Source of the DNA: Mesotaenium endlicherianum
Lineage: Eukaryota
Assembly: GCA_009602735.1 (NCBI GenBank)
Contig: WELA01000984.1
Span: 139,840 to 159,839, forward strand
DNA: 20,000 nucleotides
Direction of reading: 5' to 3'
The notes beneath the pieces were generated by a model. It did no database searches. It saw only the letters and a program-made list of their open reading frames with translations, and had not been told where the DNA came from. Shown here in pieces: positions 11,707-20,000 of this stretch. The translations under genes were made by a program, and so were the position numbers. Within the stretch, counting starts at the first letter, position 1. Each line of letters opens with the position of its first letter.

Positions 11707-11718
11707 TGGTGAGCAAAG
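11707..11718 (+). other. Possible primer binding site (TGGTGAGCAAAG), primer tRNA unidentified
   Basis: CA-nn-TGG geometry ~200 nt upstream of the gag start; does not match the canonical tRNA-Met-i PBS TGGTATCAGAGC. Confidence 0.3.
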
Positions 11719-11906
11719 TCACAACTTAAGCCCTTGCCATAGGACTACTCTGAAGATCATGATGTGCTTCCAGTGATCTTTTGGGCCATACTTCATTAGT
11801 TGTTTTCCTACCAGATTACGGTCTTGAGGTGCTCACTCTGGAGAGTACACATTCCTTACTTCTAAAAGATCTCTCTTTGCCTGCAAGCAATAAGAACCTT
11901 CAGCGG

Positions 11907-13049
11907 ATGCCTACCCGTAGTGGGCTTTCTTATCAGCCATACTACAAAGGGGTTAGTGGAGAAAACTCAGACTCAGATCTCAGCACTATCACTGAACCCG
12001 CCAAAGAAGAGCAACCTGCTCTCCAGCACACAGCAGTTGCTTCTGAGCCATCTCCCCAGTGGGCTCACTACGATTTCTGGTATCCCATGGCAGGTGACCA
12101 CGAGGTCAAGACTGACAGGTCTGCCTACCGCTTCAGCGGTAGGCCAGGTACCTGTAATCTAGAAGATACCATCTTGGAGTTTCAGGCTGACTTCGCGGCT
12201 GCAAAGCTCAAGACACCCACGCTGACTAAGCGCGACGTCTTCGACACGCTTATGCGCTACCTCTCGCACAAGGCCCGCGACACCTTCCGTGAGAAGGAGG
12301 CCGAGCTCCGGACCCGCACTGAGCTTATGGGTGACCCACCAGTGGCGACCCTGCTAGCTGATCCAGTGCAAGCCTTCTGGAACATCCTGAAGACAGAATT
12401 CCAGGCTGCAACTGAAGAGAAGGTGTACGAGCTGCACCATTTCTTCCGACGCAAGAACGAGACTATCCGCATGTTGTACCGCCGCTTGGTGCACCTCCGC
12501 CGCGATGTCGGCACTGTCACTGACCGGGAGGCCGCGGAGATCTTCTTGCGCGCCGTTGAGCCGCGTCTGAGGAAGAGGGCCGTAGTCCCCCTCATCGACC
12601 GCCACGATTCAGAGTATTCTCTGGAGCAGGCCTACCTCTCCGTTGAGAAGCAGAGCTTGGCCGCCGCACGGAGCAACATTATCGATCGTGTGGGCTTAGA
12701 ATCCACGGGCGTGCTCGAGGAGGCCTAAGTGCTGCCGTCTTCTACGACGCGCACGACGCCTGCCCGCCAGCCCCAGTCGCAGCAGCAGCAGCCTCAGCGC
12801 TCTCAGCTGCCCCAGCAGACGCAGCAGCGCGGAGCTACGCGTGGCCGCATTTCCATGGCTGCCACTATGAGCGATCCCTGCTGGTCCTGCGGGAAGACGG
12901 GCCACTCACACCAGAACTGCACTCTCGCGCAGAATGGCAAGCCCGGCGACTGCACCTATTGTGGCAAGGCCGGCCACCTGCAGATCGTTTGTCTGCAAAA
13001 GAAGCGCGACGTCGAGAACGGACGCGCTCGCGACGGCCCTACACCTTGA
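11907..13049 (+). pseudogene. Element C gag with two CCHC zinc knuckles
   Basis: Likely start MPTRSG at 11907; YRFSGRPG, RRKNETIRMLYRRL; knuckles CWSCGKTGHSHQNC and CTYCGKAGHLQIVC at 12879-12992; in-frame stops at 12726-12728 and 13047-13049. Confidence 0.88.
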
Positions 13050-14083
13050 GCAAGACAGCGAGGCGCACGCAACCCTCGTACGGGTGGCCGCCTCGCAATG
13101 ACAGCAGCTACGGCCACGACGGACGCCGCATTGATGCCTGGAGCTGACTATTGCAGCTTCGACGACGTCAGCGACGCCCTCGTGGTGGCCAACGCAGAGA
13201 TTGCTAGACTCCGTGGCCTCATCGACGTTGATAACTATGACGCGTGCGGAGCACTCCTCGCGTCGGCTTCACCGTCCTATGCCACGGCACTGACAGCTGG
13301 CGCACGCACAGCTTCAGCGCACGCATCAGGCTCAGCAGCAGCGCCGCAGCCCCGCGCACGTCCGCGTCACGACGTAGCGTCCGCTGCCAGAGCCGCAGGC
13401 GCCAGCACCGGCAGCTCTGCTAGCCCTGTGCGCACCGCTCTGACAGCGGTCAGCAGCGACAGTCGAAGTCCCGACAAACTGCGGGATGGCAGGCTGCACG
13501 ACTGCGCGGTTGCGCCATCTCCCGGCGCAAGCTCGCGCGCACGCGGGCCAGTCTGCGCGCCAGCCGAGGCCTCGACAGAGTCCCTGGCTTGCGCTTCCCT
13601 GCTGGCACCAGCAGGCCTCCCGTCAGCCCGCGTAGCAACAGCTGGCAGGCAGGGACGGGGGCGGCGTGCACAGCTACAGCTGGTCCGGCCGCAGCCTCCC
13701 GCCCGTGCGGCACGCCCGTGCGCAGCTCTGCGCACAGGCAGGGACAGCAGGTCCCCGCTGGTTGCTGCAGACAGCAGGCTCCAGCAGAATCCGCCACGTG
13801 GCACGTGCACGGCAGGCGGGGCCNACCCTCGGTCAGCAGGGAAGGGTCCTGACTGCGCTGTGCGGCCGGATCGCCGGCAAAAGCGCCGACAGCGCACCCG
13901 CAGCTGCGCACATCCAGGCTCAGCCCTTGCCGCGCACATACCGCCACTTGGCGCGCGCGCATGGCCCGGCTCAGCCCGCGCTGATCGGACGGCCGCAACG
14001 TCTCTCCGCAGTCAGGGGCGGGCTATCCCAACCGCTCTGTGCTGCCAGACCTCCGTGCGGGGTCCTGCCAACGCACGTACCGG

Positions 14084-14666
14084 TGTGCGCAGCCAGGGCT
14101 TAAACCCTGGTTGCACACAATACCCCAGCCCCGACGCATTTTGCGCCACCGGGGCTTCGGCGGGCGTACGCACCAGGGTGGGGGCACGACAAAGCTCGTC
14201 CGGGGCAGCCGAAGACGGCGCCGACACCACGCTGGCAATTCGACCTCGCAGCCCCAGGAGCGACCAGGGCCCGCCACCTGGCAGCCCCCCAGCAGCCGAC
14301 GTCACGCCGGCAGCGGCAGCCGTGACTGCAACTGTGCCTCCAATCGGCACGCATCTGCCGGTTGCGATCGACAGTAGCGGTCAAGGGGGGGGGCCCTTGA
14401 CTGCGCCGTACGAACGAGGCACAAAGCCGGCTGCCGACGCCATAAGTACGGCCGCGCTCAGCCAGGGGCTGTCAACTGGCACGCTTGCGTTGCCACGTGG
14501 CGCGTGCGCACGGCCCAGCACGCCCCGAGAGGACCGGGCAAACTCGGCTGATGTTTTCAGCTCGGGGGCGGCACTCCCGACTGCGCCACGCGGTCGCATG
14601 TCCGATCGCGGTGCCGACGGCCCGCGCACGGCTGCGCACAGCCAGGGCCTAAACCCTGGCTGCGCA
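14084..14666. repeat. Two dispersed copies (14084-14119, 14633-14666) of an inverted-repeat unit CAGCCAGGG-N6-CCCTGG(C/T)TG
   Basis: Read directly; both translate as SQGLNPGC(T/A)Q in ORF 13098-15047. Confidence 0.8.
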
Positions 14667-15069
14667 CAAAACCCCGGCAGCAACCCAACGCAGGCTGCCG
14701 GGGGGTCAGTTAGCCCACGCATCGGGGGGAGGTCGAACGGAGGAGACACCGCGGCTGCCCCGTTCCTTCCGCATCCTAGAGCCCTCCACGACCTCAGCAG
14801 AGCCGACGCCACATGCGCTCGCTTCGCCTATGACGACGGTGCAGCTCAACGTCGAGGTCATCTCTCTAGCACTGCACCGCATGCCGGCGGTCTCCTTTGC
14901 AGAGCTCGGTGTCTCCATGGAGGCAACGAGGCACGCCGCTCAGCTGATGCTCCAATCGCGCAGAGCCACGCTGCGCACCGCCGCCAGGAGACCGACGGCC
15001 GATGCCGCCACCGCGGTGCAATCCGCGCCCGCGCGTCCTGCGCATGAGCGCAGGATGATCAGCACTCCT

Positions 15070-15460
15070 AACGCCACGTTTTTGGATAATTCGCAAGGGA
15101 TCGTGCTTGTCAACACCCAGGCGCCGCAGCGCATCATGTTCGACACAGGCGCGCAGCCGGTTCTCATCAGCCTCCGCTACTTCCGTCAGCTGGGACTCTC
15201 TTCCGCCGACTTGGAGGACTCTCCGACGCGCATTAACACCGCCACCGGCACGTCCGAGACCGTCGCCGGCCGCACGTGGTTGGCGCTACTGTTCACTCTG
15301 CGCCCAGGCACGGCAGACGAGACAACCATCCATCGGCACGCACTCGTCACTCCTTCCGAGTCCTTCGATGTGCTCCTAGGGCAGGACGTGCTCTTTCCCA
15401 TTGGCGCCGCGGTCAACAACTGGGCGGAGCGCGTCTTCTATCGTCCCGACTGGAGGACAG
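15070..15460 (+). pseudogene. Element C aspartic protease
   Basis: RIMFDTGAQPVLIS (DTG at 15142-15150), INTATG flap, FDVLLGQDVL. Confidence 0.92.
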
Positions 15461-16489
15461 GGGGGACGCACACCGCATCCTTGCCCCTTGACATTTTTGA
15501 TCGCCGCCCAGCAGTGTCCGCTCTTTAAGGCTTCATGGGGCTGGGCGATGGCCGGCCAGTGGTCAAGACCGATAAGGACGGGCCCGAGGACAAGGAGATC
15601 TCTGTGGGGGTAGACCTGCTCGAGCCACAGGACGAAAAGTCGGACCTACCTAGTGCCGAGCTCCACCTCACGCCGCAGCAGCAGGCGGATGTCCTGGCAG
15701 CCCAGGCCAGGGAGCAGATCCGCATCTCCACTGCCCACAGCGCGATGATGCGGCAGATGGTGGACGATGCTACTGAGGCCCTCGCCACGGCCAGCATAGC
15801 CATCGCTACCGCCGCCCTTGCTCGCGGTGCGGCCACAGCGCCTACGGCTCATCAGGGGGTCTCGGCCTCTCGCGGCGAGCCGTCCGCGCGCGAACCGACG
15901 TCCGCGTTCACCACGACGTGCCTGTTGGCGTGGCCATTCAGTACAGTATGGACTCTCAGCCGCCCCCTCACGACGCCTCGCATCAGACCGGCGAGACCTG
16001 GCCTCGCACCACGGCATCCAAGGACGAGGTCATGCGGCAGGCAGCTTCTCCTGGCAGATCCGACGACCAGTCCCTCAAGAGTGAGGAGGAGACACAGTGG
16101 GAGCGACTGCCAAAAGCATTTGTCGAGGAACTCAGCGCGGAGCCCTTGCCAGCTGCGCCTACGGCACGCAGGCAGCGCGCACCTACTGGTCCGCTCGGCT
16201 TCAGCGCACCCAGCCAGCCCATGACACACGACTGGCCCAGCAGGGCTCGCACTGACGGCGCTGGTCCCAGCCGTCCAGTGTCACACGACTGCTCGACAAG
16301 CCACGAGTGTCGCCGCATTGCGCATTTGTTTGCAACAAGCCGGGCTGCGGCGGCCTCCTCTAGCGCTGGCACACACTCCATACAGCAGCCAGCGCCCAGG
16401 CTCAGCGTCCGCGAGCTACCCCGCACGACCCCGTCTATCTGCGCCCATCTGACCTACGCACATCGCACTAGGCCGACCATCGGGCCCGC

Positions 16490-16706
16490 TCGAGAGACCA
16501 CTCCTCTCCGCGAGACGAGCCGCTCCCGATCGCTCACACCCCTTTGCGAGACGCGAGAGGTGACTCCCCTCCGCGAGACGCGAGCCCGCTCCATCACGCC
16601 GCCCTACGACGACAGGGAGCGCACGCCTCCTTACGACGACACGCGGGCCCGCGGGGACACGCCGCCATACGACGACACTCGAGACCGACGCCGCACTCCG
16701 CCCTTC
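16490..16706 (+). repeat. Degenerate coding tandem repeats (RExTPLRET-like x3; TPPYDD x3)
   Basis: ORF 15918-16976 translation RETTPLRET..LTPLCETREVTPLRET..TPPYDD..TPPYDD..TPPYDD..TPPF. Confidence 0.75.
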
Positions 16707-17486
16707 CGGCCCCTCTCAGCTGGCGACGACGCTCAGTCTTCTTTCGAGGCGCATTTTGTGATGTTGGCCCCTACAGCTCCGCGCGCCAGCGTCCCTCGCA
16801 GCCACATCGCTGGCGACGGTCCCTCCGGGCTACCTCCTCCCAAGGTGGCCCGCACCGACAGCAGGCCGCCCAATCGCCACCCATCTACGGCCGCCGCACG
16901 CACACGGCTCATGCCTAGTCTCCGACAGCCCCGAGACGTGCCCGTCCCACGAGGGCAGCCCCGGCCGCGAGTCTAGCTGGCCCCTCGCCGGTTAGTTTGG
17001 TCCCCGCAGGAGGTCGACAGCTCCGAGCGCTCCGTCTGCACAGTCCCCTCTGCAAACATGCGCGCACGCCAGCGGGCCTACTTCGACCCGCACCCCTACT
17101 TGACTCAGCGTCCCGTTCTCGACCGGCTGGCCCACACGGCCTTGCACCAGACTGACCACGCCCAGCGCGACAGGTGACAGCAGCTGTGCGTGGCCTCGGC
17201 CCGACGTCAGGCCCGTGCTGTCTCTCCGATAGCCCTCCAGGATGCGCGCCTGCGGTGGCGCACCTACCAGGACCACGCACGGGAGGAGCGTCCGCAGCCG
17301 CTCACTGACCGCATCCCCAGCCTTACGCGTGACTACGCAGACCGTGCTGTGGCCGCCCTCCGCATGGCGCCACATCAGCACAGCGCCGAGGGTACCTTCC
17401 CGCCGCTCGCTCAGCCCGGCACCCCCGCAATGGGGTGTCGCCCACTTCTGACTCCTATCTGCGCAGACGCTCTAGACGAGCGGCCC

Positions 17487-18455
17487 GGCGGCATCGTCCT
17501 CATCGAGCTCTTCGCCTGTATTGCCACCGGGTTGCTCGCGACCTTACAGGTCGGCATCCCGGTGCGCCGCTACGTCTATGTCGATCCCCATCCTGAGGCC
17601 TAGCAGGTGGCCCGTCGGCAGATGGCGTTGTGCCACGAGCGGTTCCTAGACCTCCTTCCCGCGCACGCATTCTGCCGCGCTCAGACAGACTGGCCCATGG
17701 ACATCCGCGACATCACCGTCGAGCATGTCACCCGCCTTGGGCCCATTGACCTCGTCATTGCCGGTTGGGAGTGCCAGGGCTTCTCCAGAGCCGGGCGTGG
17801 CAGGGCGCTCAGCAATCCCCGCACGGCCCTCTTCTGGCACTTGCTCCGCGTCCTCAACATTATTGAGGATCGCCAGCCGCCGCACACACTCGCGTGGGTC
17901 CTGGAGAACGTGGCCGCGCGCCACGATCACCGACCCGATGTTAGCGCCGACTTCGCTCTTTGTAGCAGCTACGTCGGCCGCGAGGCCGTCATTGACGCTG
18001 CCCAGATTGGTTCCTTCGCGCACCGCGTCCACGCCTACTTCACGAACCTGGCAATGCCAGGTACTCTCGAGGCGTTGGCCGCCTCTCATCAACGTCACCC
18101 ACGAACCGTCGACTCCATCCTCGATGCCCCTTGTCTGGCCCAGCGCGTGACTGCACTACCACATCCGTCCAAGGCGCAGTGTGAGGTCCTGCATGACGTC
18201 ACTCGCGCGCTGCCGACTTTTGTCAGCCGCTACGACAGCGACGCCTTCGTCGGAGATCAGCGCGGGATGGTCATCGACCTGGAGACTGGCATGTTTGACA
18301 GGCCGCGCCCTGCGGAGATGGAGCGTGCCATGGGCTTCCCGCCGCATCTCACACAGGTGGATGGTCTCACTGAGGTGAACCGCATTCGCCTCTTGGGGCA
18401 CGCGATTGACGCCAACGTCCTCACGTGGATTCTGCTGCAAACGCAGGCCTTGGCG
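17487..18455 (+). pseudogene. Element C C5 cytosine DNA methyltransferase domain, DNMT3-like
   Basis: I: LIELFACIATGLL..GIPVRRYVYVD; III-IV: DIRDITVEHVTRLGPIDLVIAGWECQGFS (Cys at 17772-17774); VI: WVLENV (ENV at 17904-17912); VIII: IDAAQIGSFAHRVHAYFTNL; IX-X: EMERAMGFPPHLT..RIRLLGHAID; single in-frame TAG at 17601-17603. Confidence 0.95.
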
Positions 18456-18679
18456 CCTCTCTACGCCGCAGCCCGGCATCCCGAGCTGCCTCGGCCTGCC
18501 GATGATGTGGACGATGACTCCACCGACGATGACAATCAGGCCCCGCCCGGCACGACGTGGCATCCTTAGCGCGCAGGGCCTGCACCGCAGGCGCGCGCGC
18601 GCCCTCCCTCCCCACCGCCGCGCAGGGAGGACTCTGGTTCGCTGGGGGGGGGACGGCGGAGAGAGGAGTCCTCACAGCA

Positions 18680-18719
18680 ACCCAGGGAGTCCCGGTCACC
18701 CAGGGAGTCCCGGTCACCC
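18680..18719 (+). repeat. Perfect 18-bp tandem duplication (ACCCAGGGAGTCCCGGTC x2 + ACCC)
   Basis: Read directly from the sequence, in the DNMT-RT linker. Confidence 0.9.
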
Positions 18720-18909
18720 TTTCTTTTTCCTCGCTCGCAGGCAGACGGTGCCAGGCAGCTGGCCGCAGCTGCCACGATGCAGGTACCCGCGGCAGGCCGA
18801 GCGCCAGCCGCTGCAGGGCAGGTGACACCTGCAGCACCACAGTCTACCCCAGCGGCAAGACGGGAGACTCCAACTGCAAGCCAGGCGACGCCACCAGCTC
18901 CACCAACAT

Positions 18910-19749
18910 GGAAGCTGGGGGGGACACTCACCAAGGCGCAGGCTGCACAGTTGACGGCACTGCTGGACGGGAGGCGCAGCACCAGCTTTGCCAGCGGCAT
19001 GCACGATCTCGGGCGCTATAGGGGGAACCCCATGCGGATTACTCTCACGTCGCAGGAGCCCGTTTTCCTGAAGCGTTATCGCTACAGCCACTTCGAGGAT
19101 GGCTTGATCAGCGCGCAGACAGGCAAGCTGGAGGACAGCCGGCTCATTTGGGAGTCCTCCTCTTGCTATGCCGCACCCACGGTCATGCCAGCCAAGAAGG
19201 ATGCCTCGGGCAACTGGTCCGAGAAGAGGATGTGCGGTGACTATCGTAGGCTAAACGAGGTCACCGAGCAGGACAGATATCCTATGCCGACGCCTGACGA
19301 GATCTTTGACGACATTGGCACGTGCACTTGGTTCTCAGTGCTGGATCTGCGTCAGGGCTTCAACCAGATTCCCATCGCCGAGGAGGACCAGCATAAGACG
19401 GCGTTCTGGGGAGCACAGCGGCTCTACGAGTGGGTGGTGATGCCGTTCGGGTTGAAGAACGCGCCAGCTACCTTTCAGAGGGTGATGGATAAGGAGCTGG
19501 TCGGGCTATCCTTTGCCCGATGCTACATCGATGACGTGCTCGTCTTCAGTCAGACGTTTGAGGAGCACGTGGTGCACATCACTGCCGTCCTGGACCGCTT
19601 GGAGGCCGCTGGGCTCAAGTGCCATCCAGGCAAGTGCACTTTTGGGACCCGCGAGGTGGAGTACCTTGGCCACCTGCTCTTCTCCAGCGGCTTGGCACCC
19701 CAGCTGGCGAAGATCTCGGCCATCACAGGCATCCCACCTCCTACAGATC
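18910..19749 (+). CDS. Element C reverse transcriptase; core domain uninterrupted but truncated at the start of the connection region
   Basis: KRMCGDYRRLN, DRYPMP, FSVLDLRQGFNQ, MPFGLKNAPATFQR, CYIDDVLVFS, HPGKCTF, YLGH; homology stops after IPPPTD. Confidence 0.95.
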
Positions 19750-20000
19750 TGTAGTAAAACAGATAGATAAAGTACTTAGTAAAACAGAATAGTTTATCTA
19801 TTCAAGACAAGGATCTTTGAACACAAGTGGTAGCTTCTTGAAAGAGAGATGGCTTCTTGAAAGTTAATATATTTCTGGATTTTGGCAAGTACAAGAGTGA
19901 TTCTGGAATGTCTTTCTATGTTCTAGCTCTTGTTTATATACTTGCTACATAAGTAATTTCTAGGAAGGTGTATGTTGATGTGTTGGCACCCAACACATCC
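19750..20000 (-). repeat. Element D: probable LTR of a further retrotransposon inserted into element C
   Basis: Abrupt switch from GC-rich pol to AT-rich non-coding DNA starting TGTAG (..CTACA end on the minus strand); minus-strand TATATAAA at 19933-19940. Confidence 0.55.

Larger units (their letters stand above)
10863..19749 (+). mobile_element. Element C: GC-rich Ty3/Gypsy LTR retrotransposon encoding gag-PR-DNMT3-like methyltransferase-RT; interrupted at ~19750
   Basis: LTR-like leader, gag with two CCHC, DTG protease, full DNMT motif set and RT with YIDD, all collinear on the plus strand. Confidence 0.92.

Noticed and set aside
12726..13049. Programmed stop read-through or frameshift between gag and pol
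   Set aside because: The first stop falls before the zinc knuckles, and similar stops are scattered throughout; simple decay explains them
4700..18455. DNMT domains as bacterial restriction-modification or host DNMT3 genes
   Set aside because: No partner nuclease, no introns or independent start; both are embedded collinearly in retroelement polyproteins
18680..18719. 18-bp repeat as a CRISPR-like array or functional repeat
   Set aside because: Two abutting copies with no spacer; a simple slippage duplication
13098..18850. Numerous overlapping long ORFs on both strands, including the 649-aa ORF 13098-15047, as separate genes
   Set aside because: Expected from high GC content and stop-codon scarcity; no domain motifs apart from the plus-strand polyprotein fragments
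19750..20000. Terminal segment as the 3' LTR of element C
   Set aside because: No RNase H, integrase or PPT precedes it, and it does not align with 10863-11704 beyond a short CACAAGTGGT match

Overview
Eukaryotic, plant/streptophyte-like, repeat-rich DNA made up entirely of nested, decayed Ty3/Gypsy LTR retrotransposons; no host genes, RNA genes or CRISPR arrays are evident. Element A (minus strand, 1-~7781) and element C (plus strand, ~10863-19749) are two divergent members of one RT clade. Both carry a C5 cytosine DNA methyltransferase domain (DNMT3-like motifs, clearest in C) inside the gag-pol polyprotein between the aspartic protease and the reverse transcriptase: gag(2x CCHC)-PR-DNMT-RT(-RH-INT). 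Element B (minus strand, ~7782-10862) is a chromovirus fragment (partial RT, RH, INT, chromodomain, PPT, 3' LTR) apparently inserted into the gag of A. B appears interrupted in its RT by C, and C appears interrupted just after its RT by another LTR-like sequence (D, 19750-end). All three coding elements (A-C) carry premature stops, frameshifts or catalytic substitutions; the point lesions are mostly explicable as C>T/G>A transitions. LTR boundaries and nesting order are inferred by eye.
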